A stretch of 64,000 nt of DNA from Octopus sinensis (Eukaryota): contig NC_043006.1 in the NCBI RefSeq assembly GCF_006345805.1, forward strand, positions 17,112,001 through 17,176,000, in the 5' to 3' direction. The translations under genes were made by a program, and so were the position numbers. The notes beneath the pieces were generated by a model. It was not told where the DNA came from. It was given only the letters and a program-made list of their open reading frames with translations, and searched no databases. Within the stretch, counting starts at the first letter, position 1, and each line of letters begins with the position of its first letter. Positions 13,773-27,255 of this stretch are shown here, piece after piece.

Positions 13773-14189
13773 TCCGAATATATATATATATATATATAAT
13801 ATATATATATACAGGGGTTGGACAAAATAATGGAAACAGCTAACATCTCTCACTTTCTCCCCATTCCTCACCCTCTTGTACTCTCTAATATCTCTCCCCA
13901 CCCCTACACACTCAATAATACTATAAAAAGAGTCAAAATTCCTGCAAAAGTTCGATCTGAAAACTCCACTAGAGTGGACGAAAGCGCTAATATATGATAT
14001 ATGATTTATAAAAACATGTGACATACTAATAAATATCTGTAAATATAAAACCATCCAGATTTCTGAGTACCTCATTTCTTCTAATATATATATATATATA
14101 TATATATACATTCAAAATGTGACTGCGTGTGTACTGTGGGCAATTTTTTTTTCTCCGTCTTCCCTTCTTTGGATCTTTCCTTTTGCTAT

Positions 14190-14224
14190 GTTTCTGACGA
14201 AGAGCTCTGCTCAAAACGTTAAGC
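14190..14224 (+). ncRNA. Minimal hammerhead motif, G12 mutated to A, in a Penelope-like terminal repeat
   Basis: gttt-CTGACGA-a-gagc-tct-gctc-AAAA-cg-TT-aagc; the G-to-A change sits at a former CpG. Confidence 0.55.
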
Positions 14225-14317
14225 CCTCCTTCTTTCCTGAGCATCCAATAATACTATACTAGTTCTACGTCCCCGCGTTGTTGTGTTTTCTCTTTGTGTT
14301 TTCATGTTTGGATTAAC

Positions 14318-14424
<107 letters not shown>

Positions 14425-15504
14425 TAAGGTATGTAGAAAAATACAACATGGACAAGAACGTATAACTCTTAGAAGACGATACAATAAACATGGACAGGAC
14501 ATTCGAACCCCTCAGTCTTCAGTCAAGAACCGGATCATCGTAGTAATTTATATATACATGGAGTCCGCCTCCCATGCTGGCATGGGTAGGGGAGAGAGAA
14601 AGAGAGAGACAGAGACAGAGACAAAAGAGAAAACAAAACATCTAGAGGAAATTGGTTTTGCATATCCAAAGTTACTATTTGATCTTTGCACAATACTTTT
14701 AATGATTTCAATAGAAGATTAGCTCACTCAATTCTTAATCGTCACCATTATGGCTTCGAAATAGAGCTGGCTAAGAATTGAACCAACATTTCTTTTGTTA
14801 TATTCTCTGAAGATGCTGTAAACTTGGTGACAGTTTTCAAAACGAATCTTGATTAATATGAAAAGATATTGTTTTGGCTTTTTTTTGTTAATGCTATTCA
14901 ATCTGATAACTAATCTTTCACAAGACAGAAAATTGTATATTCCCATCTTACCATAACACACTTCATGTTTTGCTCAGGTACCACCACTTTGTTATCAACT
15001 AATTTCTTTCTGTCTGCTATGATCAATAATACAACAATGATACGAGAGAGACAAGATTAGTATTTGTATTGTATTGGTTGGATCTTCATCTGCAATTTTC
15101 TTACTTAGTTGAAATGTGAGAGCATTTGAGATTCTCACATACAAAAGGTATTTAAGGTGAACTGAGTTTATTGTGAATATAAGAGAAAGTATCTGCCTGT
15201 CTGGCTAATTATCTAGCCATCTTTTTTCCAGACACATACATGTACACAGACACACATATGTATAGAAAAACATACTTATTTTATAAGCTGTTGCAGTTCA
15301 ACATGTGTAGAAAAGACGTAAATGTGGTAGCAATGCCATTACACAAGCAGTGAAAGCATGTAGCTTGGTGGTTAGGGTATTCGGCGCATGATCATAAGGT
15401 TGTAAGTTCAATTCTTGGTGGCACTTTTTCCTTAACCTTTTAGTATTCAGATTATTCTGTTGAATGTAATGCTTATTTATTTACGTAGTTTTGAATTTAT
15501 CATT

Positions 15505-15892
15505 TACTAGTAGTATTGCCCAACTTTGCTCGGGTTTCTTTTGACCCATTATAATTTTTGAAAACTAAAAATTTTGCATTATGTAGCTTGTTATTCACTT
15601 TAAGTGAACATTTTTCTGGTTGAAATACACCGAAAAATGGTGACACAGCAGTCAAAAAATCATAAAAAATAGGGATTTTCATAGAAAAAAAGCACCTTTT
15701 TGATGTAAAAATTTTTGGTCTTAACATGGTCCGATTTGAATTTTATCTTCTACGGAATGCAGAGCAAGCCTTCTTCTATCATACTCTCAATTTTGGTCAA
15801 CTTGCGCCGCAGGGTCTCGGAGGAGATAGTGTTAGTTGAAGGCCACCAAACCTGCCATACACAGTCGACTTCAGCTTTATATATAGAGAGAT
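15505..15892 (+). mobile_element. Non-autonomous Helitron/HINE-like element
   Basis: 5' tactag...cccaactttgctcgggttt and 3' acttcagctttatatatagagagat ends match my recollection of HINE/DINE-type elements; no TSD; splits a TTAA MITE. Confidence 0.55.
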
Positions 15893-16107
15893 ATACTATC
15901 TTGTAGCTTTGCTATTTCGATAATGTGATTTGTTTATTTTAAGAATAACATAGCAGGGTAAGTGTGAGAGTTTTGATCTGGCCAGTTTAAATACTATAGA
16001 GTTAAGCAAAACACTTTATTTCATATTGCTCCAATCCATTCAGCTGACAAAAATGAGTAGTACCTGTATTTCATATCCATCTTTGTTATATTCTGCATCG
16101 CACTGAG

Positions 16108-16474
16108 TCTTTGGAGATCAACCATCGCACAAACAATAACTCTGAGCACCTCTTCAAACTCCACCCATCTAACACCCGTGGACATATTTACAAAGTAAGA
16201 AAACAGCACAGCTCCCATGACTTCAGGAAACATTTTTTCACGCTGAGAGTTGCTGAAGCGTGGAACAAACTGCCGGCATCGGTTGTTAGTTGTCGGAGCA
16301 CTGCACCCTTCAAGACTTCCATGCTTCCTGAGATTCGCCAACACTACACTTGATTTTCTCCCCTCCATACACACACAGGCATGTTCACTTTCCAGACATT
16401 TCTACATTACTGTATGTACTTTATATGCACTTTCTGACAAGTTGTGGTGCACCTGAGCACTGTATACAATAATT

Positions 16475-16510
<36 letters not shown>
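16108..16510 (+). mobile_element. CR1/L2-group LINE 3' end
   Basis: SNTRGHIYKVRKQHSSHDFRKHFFTLRVAEAWNKLP...HYT*, 3' UTR and (TTA)n tail; same family as 25893-26400. Confidence 0.85.
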
Positions 16511-16512
<2 letters not shown>

Positions 16513-16695
16513 ACTACATTAAGGGTGTGTATGTCTGTGGAATGCTCAGCCACTTACATGTTAATTTCATGAGCAGGCTGTTTAACTGGATTAACTGTAC
16601 CACATATCATCATAACTGATGGAGTCCCAGTTATAAGCGATGTCTTTCATTTCCAATCTTTCATGGAAAATATATCTGAGGAAATATTAACCTTA

Positions 16696-17131
16696 TGTAA
16701 CAGGATGAGAGATTCCCCGCACTGGATGGGTGCAACTCGCATCCTTTACATTAAATATTAATCGAAGAAAGAGTCAAGATTTCTGATTAATTTCAACATT
16801 ATAAATATTTATTCCTTGATTCGCAATATAAACATTTCCTTCCTCTGGGCGAATCGGCAACCTAGGAGCTATATCGGCAGTAGTCAAGTGGAGTGAGTCA
16901 ATCCTGCCCCCGTTCAAGCATAGCGGAGATGCTCCACGAGGTAGCAGGTCGAGAGAGCTGCTGCAGACACGTCTGTATCATTCAGCTGCTAGCGTCCAGG
17001 AGAGAGATACAAGAGAATTTCGCTGCTGCTAGTTTTCTGCGCATGTGCATGAGGGAACTTCCGGCAGGCCTTCCGGAAGACTCCAACCCTGCGCATGCAT
17101 GCTGGAGATTTCCCAAGACGGCATCACTACA
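16696..17131 (-). mobile_element. Solo LTR (436 bp, Gypsy-like by 4-bp TSD)
   Basis: TG...CA termini, CTTA TSD at 16692-16695 and 17132-17135, minus-strand AATAAA at 16808-16813; the interrupted SINE tail rejoins across it. Confidence 0.8.
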
Positions 17132-19480
17132 CTTATTTAGAAACAGATGAGGGCTGGTGACAAGAAGGGCATCTGGCCATAGTGCATTTGTGTGTGTGTG
17201 TGTGTGTGCGTGTGTGTGGATGGGTGGGGTGGGGTGCAATGATGAAAGGTTTTCTGTCTTTGCTTATCTCTGCATGATTATAGCCAAAGAAGGAACATGT
17301 GAATCCACCAACCAAAGGATTACAGTTTCAATCTTAACTGGGTCTCATCAGTTTAAGTGTAATTAGAACCATTAATATCTTTCTCAGGCTGTTTATATAG
17401 TCTCTACATTGGTGAATATTCAGAGTATTTTTCTCAATTGCTGAGTCTGGTTGAAGGTGCAGAATCCATGACCCTAGCAAACTCTCTGAAACTCTGACAC
17501 TTACATATTAATGTTCTGTTTAAACAGTTGTAGGTCAACACCAGCAGGAAACACATGAATAGGAAAGAAATTTCAGAGGACCCTGTCTTAACATTGTGTG
17601 ATAATATCGACATTCAAGTAGTTTCCTTCATTCCAATCTTCCGTGGAAAAACATGTCAAGCCATAAGGAAATGTTACCCTGCTTGGAAACAAGCAAAGTT
17701 TGGCAAGAGAGAGGAGCCAATGATAGGAAACCTGCCTCGATAAATTCCGTCTGATTGGTGCAAGCATGGAAAAGTGGACATTAAGATGATGATGATGACG
17801 ATGACGACAATGATGATGATGGTAATATGTCTCTGTATAAATGCAAACGTGTGTGAAGAAGGTCAGAGGAAGCTTGGTATTAAGTTATGAATGTGAAAAG
17901 AGATCAAGAAGTATTTCAAGTAGGTTTAAAGTGAATCAATACCCAGACTGTTTAAGAGTCTGAGAGAAACTTATCTGGAAGTATTGGATACGTTCTGGTT
18001 ACCTAGGTAATCAATTAACTTTGGCCTAAGCTAGTAACATTGCAGTAGTAAATTGCTTAGTTGTTTAACCCCAGGACAGCCCATGAATGAGCAGGGTGAT
18101 GATAAAAGATGTTCTGAGCATAACCCACACATTAGTTTAATTTTTTTCTGTGCCTTGTGTACCCAGGATTACATTATCCAATGTAACAATATTTTTTACA
18201 AGGTGGTGGGGAGTCATTTGAAAGTGGTTTAACTGCTATTTTTAGCAAAAGTGGTTTGAAGGAATTCAGCCTTTATTTTGTTTCTGTTGAGGAAGAAGGA
18301 AATTCTGTCTCTGTTCCCAAAGTGAAAACCCTATTTAGAGTTATTGGGGAGAGGCTGTACCTTTGTCTTTTGCAGGGATTCTTTGAGACTGGCAAGACTG
18401 ATCTGGTAGATATTCTGCGGAGGAATAATGATTAGGGGACAGATGTTAGTCTAGGGCCTGGGGGGGGGGGGAAAGAAGAGGATTTTCAGTATTGATGAGA
18501 GGAGGAAAAATGGATAAGCTGAGGAGGCTTATGGGGAAATCATTTGTTACTAATTAGCTTTGAGAAGAGGCTGTTTCCTCACAAGATCTAATCCTTGTTG
18601 TGATGTGGTGGCTTGCATGCCTCAATGACCTCGAGAGCTATGCCATCAGAACACACACTTCTTGTAGGTCCTCTCATTCTGGATAGATCAAAGTCTAGAG
18701 GTCAGACTAAAAATATGGACCACTTCTTCCCTGAGGTAAATATGGATTTGCATAGGGTTAACACTCTTGCCTAGAAAATAAATAACAAAAAAAAATATGT
18801 TACGGAAGCATTGAAGATAATTCAAAACTTAAGAGATGAAAGCCTTTTCATAAGGAAACGTATGACATAATACATCAAAATCTAAAAGGACAGAACAGTG
18901 GAGAATGGTTATTGGCTATAAATTGAGAATATTTAATATATATATATATATTATATATATATATATATATGTATTTGTAAGGCAAAATTTTTCAAAAAAC
19001 CAAGATCTCATCCAGATAAATTTCTCACAGACTGAAAAATATTGTATGTGGTTAGATGATCTATTGGCATAGAAAATTTTTTTCTTTTTCACCTTTATTT
19101 ATAATAATATGTATTTATAAAAGATTTAAATGAGCCAAAAAACAGCTACTAACCACAACTTCCTTAAACTAAACAGGATAGAAAGAAAGTGTATACAGGA
19201 CCTAAATTTTAAAATATTTAAGCTATAAACGCACAAGATAGCATGGAAAAGTATTTTGGATGCAGTTAGAAAATACATTGAAGAGAATATATGTATGTAT
19301 ATATGTGTGTGTGTGTCTGTGTGCATGTGTATGTATGCATGTATATGTGTGTATATATGTATATCCATGTATATATGTGTATATATACACACACATGCAT
19401 ATACATATACATATATACATACATATATATTCATATATACACACATATATACATGTATATATATATACACACGCACACAT

Positions 19481-19527
<47 letters not shown>

Positions 19528-19885
19528 TATATACATACATACATAAATATAAATATATATATATATGTATGTATGTATGTATGTACGTATGTATATATCA
19601 GGTTCGTTTTAGTGCTGCTGGGAACATGTAACCCAGTACAACATGTTGCATGTTTAAGCTGTTGGTGACTAAACTGACAACCCTACCAAGCTTGCTTGGT
19701 AAAGAAGGTGCTTTTCTCTGGTTACTCAGCAAACCAAAAAAAAAAAAAAAAAAAAAAAAAACCCACTACCAAAGAACAAATAAACTCAGCAGAGTCAATG
19801 GTCATCCAACAACTGTGAGTGAAAGACTCCTAATCTTCGTTCAGATATTTCTTTACTAGAAGGGAAACTCTGATATAAATACCAA

Positions 19886-20113
19886 TTTCTTTATTACCCA
19901 CAAGGGGCTAAACATAGAGGGGACAAACAAGGACAGATATAGGTATTAAGTTGATTATATCGACCCCAGTGCGAAACTGGTACTTTATTTATCGACCCCG
20001 AAAGGATGAAGGGCAAAGTCGACCTCGGCGGAATTTGAACTCAGAACGTAACGACAGACAAAATACCGCTAAGCATTTCGCCCGGCGTGCTAACATTTCT
20101 GCCAGCTCGCCGT
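19886..20113 (-). mobile_element. SINE family D
   Basis: TSD TGATATAAATACCAA (19871-19885, 20114-20128). Confidence 0.85.
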
Positions 20114-20583
20114 TGATATAAATACCAACTACTTTGTTTGCACTCAATGTTGTATGGTAGTTTCTTGTTTTTGGACAAATACATACATTGTTTAGAGATT
20201 AGGATTGGCTCTGTACAAAACCTTTTCTCACTTAAAAAAGCTTCAAGCATTGGAATTTTTTTGATTTTTACTACGTCTATTATGTGTTGTGTAATTGAAA
20301 AAGGCAAAGCACTCAATGGAAAATTCCAGGATGAGATGAAGCTCTTTGAATACCTGCTGCTGCAAGAGGCACCTGTCATTTCCACATCTTTGCAGAAAAG
20401 TGTTGGTTTCTAGCAGGATTGAAAAACCACATCTGTTCACCTCATATTTAGGAGAACGAGAGGTAATAGCATTCCTTGAAATCAAGTTGCAGCCATCATA
20501 TACACATGTATGTATGTATGTATCTTTCTATCAGTACATACATACATATATACATATATATACATACATATATATAGATATAC

Positions 20584-20668
<85 letters not shown>

Positions 20669-21054
20669 ATATATGTATGTATATATAATATATGTATGTA
20701 TATATATATATATGTGCGTGTGTGCTCATACACACACACACATACATAACTGTAGGCAAACATATATAGACACCACTCACAGATATATACGTATACGAAC
20801 ACATTCCATCACTAGAGTACTAGATTACTTTTCAAGCAACAGTAATATGCACACTAAATACATCGTATTAATATATCAAGTCACTCAAAACCATTTAAAT
20901 AAAACATTTATAAACAAAAACAGAAACTGGACTTCAAGAAATGATATACATAAAAGTCAAGTTCTTTTTTATAAATGCAATGCACATAAATACACAAACA
21001 CATCACATAAACAGGGACACACACACATACTCACCAACATCAAAATAAATGTTA

Positions 21055-21335
21055 AATGGAAATTGTAGTTGTGATACCTGTGTCGGTGGCACGTAAAAAG
21101 CACCATCCGAACGTGGCCGATGCCAGTGCCGCCTTGACTGGCTTCTGTGCCGGTGGCACGTAAAAAGCACCCACTACACTCACGGAGCGGTTAGCGTTAG
21201 GAAGGGCATCCAGCTGTAGAAACACTGCCAGATCAGATTGGGCCTGGTGCAGCCATCTGGCTTCCCAGACCTCGGTCGAACCGTCCAACCCATGCTAGCA
21301 TGGAAAACGGACATTAAACAATGATGATGATGATG
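21055..21335 (+). mobile_element. RTE LINE 3' end (family E)
   Basis: gtggcacgtaaaaagcacc subrepeats, gcgttaggaagggcatccagctgtagaaac block, (GAT)n tail. Confidence 0.75.
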
Positions 21336-21714
21336 CCTGCATGCATTCATGCACTTTGCCATTTCCTTCTGCCTAGAGATTTGAGCATTTATAAACCTCA
21401 TTGTAACAAAATCAAATTATTTTCTCCAGCAATAAAATGAAACGTCCATAGAAAATATGGAGATATTTTGACAGGTGAATTCTTTTTTTTTAGATGAAGT
21501 TCAATCAATAACTAAATGAAAACAAACAGGTAAACATTAAAAAAAAAGAAATTAACAAACAATACAAATAAACCAATAACGACATCAGGGACTCAAATTA
21601 AATATTAAATATCAATCAAACTGGCAAACACAAATAAAAACCTAAAAATGAAGCAGTGTTAATACTTCAAAACTTTAGACATCATAAATATTGTATGAAT
21701 TCACTTTGATATTC

Positions 21715-22254
21715 ATCTCCATCAGTATATCATCATCATCATCACCACCAAAACCACCACCACCACCACTACCACCACCACCACCACCACCACCACCACC
21801 ACCACCACCACCACCACCATCATCACCACCATCATCATCATCATCACCACCACCACCATCATCACCATCATCATCATCATCACCATTATCATCATCACCA
21901 CCACCATCATCACCATCATTACCACCATCATCATCATCTTATTGTTGTCGTCGTCGTCATCATACTTGTCATCAGCATCATCATCATCATTATTATCATC
22001 ATGATCTTTGTCATCGTCATCATCATCGTTTTAATGTCTGCATTCTCATGCTAGCATGAGTCTGATGGAATTTGTTGAGGTGGATTTTCTATGGCTGTGT
22101 GCTCTTCCTGTCACTAACCCTCACCTGTTTCTAAGTAAGGTGTAAGGTAACATTTCCTCTTGACCAGACATGTTTACATGGGGAAATTTAAAGGAAGGAT
22201 GCTTTTTTTACACACGAAGTCAGGTGGCAGGGAAGATGCATATGTACGTGTGTA

Positions 22255-22288
<34 letters not shown>

Positions 22289-22493
22289 GTCAATTTGGTA
22301 CCAAAGGTAAACAATAATTCCACAAATAGAACAATGATTCTACATATTCATCATCATCATCATGATCATCGCCATCATCATTGTCATTGTGATTGACATT
22401 ATCATCACCAGCATTATCATTGCTACTATCCTCTTCCTCCTCCTCATTATTGTCTTCCCCTACTAGCACCCTCACCACCACCATCACCACCAC

Positions 22494-22525
<32 letters not shown>

Positions 22526-22872
22526 CCACCACCACACCATAATATCACCACTACCATCATCCTCACCAGCATCATTATCACCTTCATCATTATCATCATC
22601 ATCATTGTCATCATTATCAACACCAACATTATCATCACCACTAGCACCTTCACCACCACCACACCACCACCACCACCACCACCATAATATCACCACTACC
22701 ATCATCCTCACCAGCATCATTATCACCTTCATCATCATCATCATCATCATCATTGTCATCATTATCAACACCAACATTATCATCACCACTAGCACCTTCA
22801 CCACCGCCACTGCCGCCGCTGCCATCATTGCCATTATCATCATAATCACCATCATCATCATCATCATCATCA
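21715..22872. repeat. (CAT)n/(CAC)n trinucleotide tracts
   Basis: 21715-22030 and 22345-22872. Confidence 0.9.
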
Positions 22873-23219
22873 TATATATTGAAAGCTAATCCAATAAATT
22901 TCTGTGTTTGAGCTTAACTGTCATTTTATACAATGAATGAAATACTTCACTACGTAAGACAACAGACAAAGACACATGTCTCTTAACAGAGTATTTTGCT
23001 GGCGAGAGTGGTAGGTTAAGCAAACCAGAATGTTTCAGCAGTCGCTGTTCTGTAGAAAATTCTAGATATTTATATCTAATTCACAAGAGAAAAGAAGTCA
23101 AGTTCATATTTTGTATCTGTTATCTGTTACAAGGAAAGAAGTAATATGGCAAACATCCAGTCAGTGGGGGTTGTCATTCGATGTGCCTTTGCTATAGAAT
23201 AAATATTTCTGTAGATCTA

Positions 23220-23294
<75 letters not shown>

Positions 23295-23388
23295 GTCTGT
23301 CTGTCTGTCTGCCTGTCTGTCTGTCTGTCTGTCTGCCTGCCTGCCTGTCTGTCTGTCTGTCTGTCTGCCTGCCTGCCTGTCTGCCTGC

Positions 23389-23445
<57 letters not shown>

Positions 23446-23450
23446 ATATA

Positions 23451-23482
<32 letters not shown>

Positions 23483-23780
23483 GGAGGCGCAATGGCCCAG
23501 TGGTTAGGGCAGCGGACTCGCGGTCGGAGGATCGCGGTTTCGATTACCAGACCGGGAGTTGTGTGTGTTTATTAAGCGAAAACACTTAAAAGCTCCACGA
23601 ATCTCCAGCAGGGTGTGGGTGATTCCTGCTGTACTCTTTCACCACTCTTTCTCCCACTCTTTCTTCTGTTGGCCTGCTCGCTTAGCCAGCGGGGTGGCGT
23701 CATTCGAAGGCTAAAACAATGCGAACGCATCGTGACCAGCGATGTGTAAAACATCTGATGGTCTGGTCAGTCACGTGATA
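23483..23780 (+). mobile_element. tRNA-headed SINE family A, tail type 1
   Basis: Head GGCGCAATGGCCCAGTGGTTAGGGCAGCGGACTCGCGGTCGGAGGATCGCGGTTTCGATT with A/B-box-like motifs. Confidence 0.8.
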
Positions 23781-23783
23781 TAC

Positions 23784-23817
<34 letters not shown>

Positions 23818-24487
23818 TAATAAGAAAATGGCTGGGGGATCAATAGGTGGTTCATCAACTTTTAGACATTATATTATGTCAACTTATGAATATATTTACT
23901 AAAATGACAATTACAAGAATATACATACATGTATAACATATGCTTTACATATAAAATATATTAATATATAAAGATACCAGTAATTATTAAAATATAACAT
24001 ACAGGAATATAAATTGGGAATATATATAATTTTTTTTTTTTTGGCTAAATCAGTCTCTTGCCATTTTGAGTTTCACCTGAGTATGCACAGGGTTTTCAGG
24101 CGAGTTATGACTTGCCTAAAGACTAACAGTCAACACTAAACATACGCAGACACAATTCAGAACCACCAACATGGCAAAAAACTACCGGCAGATTGCATGC
24201 CAGGACTTAATGTATAAAATATATATATGTTTAAACCTCTTCCTTCAAGACCATTGTGAAAGTATTAACATTATCACAGCAGGACAAGCAACTGGGAAGA
24301 AGAGAGTCTGGGGATGTGCCAAGCAACTGCTAATAAACAAAACTGTAATATCAGGGGTGTGGGAACTTAGGAGGAACCTCATTTCAACGTGGCTGGACTA
24401 CAAAAAAGCCTTTGGCTCTGTTTCTAATTCATGAATGTTAGAAGCCCTTTGACTTGCTAAAGTTCCAGGGAGCATAGTCAAAGCCAT

Positions 24488-24887
24488 CATCATTATCATT
24501 GTTTGACCGTAGTTGGGACAATGGAATTTACTATGCTACGCCAGACTTCACGGTCCATCATAGCATTATGAAGGTCCTGTTGCTGGATGCCTGTATCCCT
24601 GGAGATTACATCAGGGTAGGAGAGTGTGCACCCTCTGGTATCGTGAGTAGATGACTTCCAGAGGAGAAGAGTAGAAATTGTCTTGTTTTCAGCTCTACAA
24701 CAATGTCCAGCAAACTGGACTCTCCTACCTTTCACAAGAGATGATACAGGTGGTAGTTTCCCATATATTTGTACTTTGGTTGGATGACACTTCCACGAGA
24801 GATTTTGAGCTCTTATAAGGAGGCGAGTGCAAGTTCCATCCAACCACCTCTCAAGCTTCTTTGATAATGTCCAGGTTTCTGAGCCAT
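24488..24887 (-). mobile_element. 5'-truncated RTE-X-type LINE with 14-bp TSD
   Basis: GSETWTLSKKLERWLDGTCTRLLIRAQNLSWKCHPTK...FAGHC...DREVW; (ATG)n tail; TSD ATAGTCAAAGCCAT at 24474-24487 and 24888-24901. Confidence 0.85.
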
Positions 24888-25892
24888 ATAGTCAAAGCCA
24901 TAGCTGACCTGACTTCATTGTCACCCATCATTTTGAAGTTAAATACAAGGAGTGATTGTGTTATCACTAATAGAATACAGTATTGCAGAGATATATTACA
25001 AGGGGATAGGCTTTCTGTGATGTTTATACTTTCTGTAAACCCCTTGTCATTCATATCAAGGAAGTCTGAAGGATATCTTACTGACTCACAAGGAAACAGA
25101 AATAAAAAAATTACACAATTGTTTCTATGTAGATAACTTGAAACTATATGCAAAGAATATGCATGAGATGAAAAAGAACCTTGACCTGGTTACAATATCC
25201 TCAAAAGATATAAGGTTGGCTTTTGGTCAGGGTAAATGTCTCTATATGGTTATGAAAAGTGGGAAAACATCTCCATCAATGACTTAACTGTTTCCCCTGT
25301 ATCTAACGTGGAATGTTACAGGTACCTTCGGGTGACTGAAAATATATCTTATGATGGCACCTGTAACAAGACTCATGTCACTGAAGAATATTACAGCCAA
25401 ACATAGAAAATGTGGACTTTGGAACTCTCTGCATTCAATAAAACTTTGGCCCACAATGTGTTTGCGGTGCCAGTACTCATACTGACATTTGGGCTACTTG
25501 ACTGGACGCTTGTTGAGATCCAAGCCATTGATGTAAAAACCTGGAAGATACCAACTAACACACATAATTTACACATCAACAATGATGTAGACTGCCTCTA
25601 CCTAAAATGAAAACAAGGGGGCAGAGGCTTAACAGCAACCCAGACTCTCATTGAATGTCATATTATATCCCTTTGGCAACATCTTTTAACTACCAAGAGT
25701 TGAAGTGCATCCCTTGACCAAGTTTGCATTCAGGAGGCTGATAACATCATAAAACTTGGCAGACAGCTTCTTGAGCAGCATTCCTTGTCTGATAACCTTA
25801 AATATATGCCCAAAGAAGTTGCATGACTCTACCACAGTATATCATCAGATGAAAGGATGAGCATATATCAGAAGAAGATTATGCATGGATAT

Positions 25893-26400
25893 AATAATAA
25901 TAATAATAATAGTAATAATGAAATTATTGTATACAGTGCTCAGGTGCACCACAACTTGTCAAAAGTGCGTATAAAGCATATGCAGTAATGTACAAATGTC
26001 TGGGAAGTGAACAGTGTATGAGTCAGATACATGCTTGTGTGTGCATGGAGGGGAGAAAATCAGGTGTAGTGTTGGCGAATCTCAGGAAGCATGGAAGTTT
26101 TGAATGATGCAGTGCTCCGACAACTAACAACTGATGCCGGCAGTTTGTTCCATGCTTCAGCAACTCTTAGCGTGAAAAATTGTTTCTGAAAGTCATGGGA
26201 GCTGTGCTGTTTTCTGACTTTGTAAATATGTCCACGGGTGTTAGACAGGTGGAGTTTGAAACGGTGCTCGGAGTTATTGTTGGTAAGATGGTTAATAATT
26301 TTATGGGTGTCTGCCAAGTCAGCTGCCAGATGTTGGAGTTTCAATGTATCCATGCCCAGGGAAATAAGGCGTTTAGAATATGGCAAATGCCTGATGGAGG
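25893..26400 (-). mobile_element. 5'-truncated CR1/L2-group LINE 3' end
   Basis: PSIRHLPYSKRL...SNTRGHIYKVRKQHSSHDFQKQFFTLRVAEAWNKLPASVV; (TTA)n tail; host R4 frame HGY|VSRK resumes after removal. Confidence 0.85.
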
Positions 26401-26920
26401 GTATGTTAGTAGAAAGCCCTGAGATGATAGTAACATTGATCATTAAAGTAGTTGATCATGGATCAACAACCAGATTACTAACTCCCACTTTGAAGGGTAT
26501 GTGTTTGCAATCCAGGAACAAAAAATATCAACCAAAGATCCAATGCATAAAAGGGACAGAGATGCAGGAAAGCAGCAAAATGTGATAACTGATTTACACT
26601 TTGTGGAGTTAACACTGAAGGTATCACCCACATCATAAGCAGTTGTCATCACAGTATTATCTACTGATGAGAGATGATGTTATAGCTAGGACACTGTATA
26701 ATGAGATCCATTGGAAGGATACCCCGAGGCCAAAGAAATAAGAACCTACACTATGGTAGAAGCCATAGCTATTCATAATAAAAAGGTGTACTGGTGCAAT
26801 GTCCCAGGGAGAACCTCAATCAAATGTAAACATAATAGACCTGTCATAGTAATCTGGAATGGAGAAGAGAAACTGTGCACATTTTTGAAAATCAACTTTC
26901 TCAGTGGATGTTAATATAAA

Positions 26921-27255
26921 CTACTTTACTTGTACTTGTGGCGACATTCACCCTGGGCGGGTTGAGTCGGCTTCTTCCACCACCCTCGAGACATCTCGAA
27001 CCATCGCAGCCCACGCACGACGGTCCTGCGCCAGTTCACTGGAGATAACGAGCCAGTCACAGTTCCATCGGCACAGGCCGATGTTGCCATTGAGAATTCA
27101 TGAGAGAAGTTTCGTGGGAATAAATGGATTTTACAAGCGGTCCCAAACAATCCCGCATGTAGAGACATCCTGTTTGCCGCAGATTGTCCGCAGACGCAGG
27201 GACAGAACGACTGAGGAGCCGCCAGTTGCCGAAACAAACACTCCGAGGATTTTCC
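26921..27255 (-). mobile_element. RTE-clade LINE 3' end (distinct from family E)
   Basis: Minus frame GLCRWNCDWLVISSELAQDRRAWAAMVRDVSRVVEEADSTRPG* followed by a (CAAGTA)n tail. Confidence 0.75.

Larger units (their letters stand above)
24160..26915 (+). pseudogene. Degenerate R4/Dong-type (RLE-encoding) non-LTR retrotransposon ORF, interrupted by two LINE insertions
   Basis: RT motifs NYRQIAC, WLDYKKAFGSV, LQGDRLS; GGRGL; C-terminal NSHFEGYVFAIQEQ, ITHIISSC (zinc-knuckle remnant) and KHNRPVIVIW (PD-(D/E)xK remnant); many stops and frameshifts. Confidence 0.85.

Noticed and set aside
14470-14540. CTGAAGA...GAA motif on the minus strand, and similar CTGAWGA words at 320 and 8458
   Set aside because: Probably Penelope-like ends, but I could not build a complete three-stem hammerhead.
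18180-18560. Plus micro-exon GFFETGKTDL with a strong acceptor
   Set aside because: It lies in what appears to be a decayed LINE remnant and on the opposite strand to the inferred local gene.
21691-22889. Poly-Pro, poly-His, poly-Asp and poly-Val ORFs
   Set aside because: (CAC)n/(CAT)n microsatellite open in several frames on both strands; no splice or codon evidence.
17500-24120. Several minus-strand AG...GT candidates (17505, 18790-18870, 20354-20409, 22890-23050, 24076-24114)
   Set aside because: Too many mutually incompatible options in AT-rich DNA; none gives a recognisable protein without transcript data.
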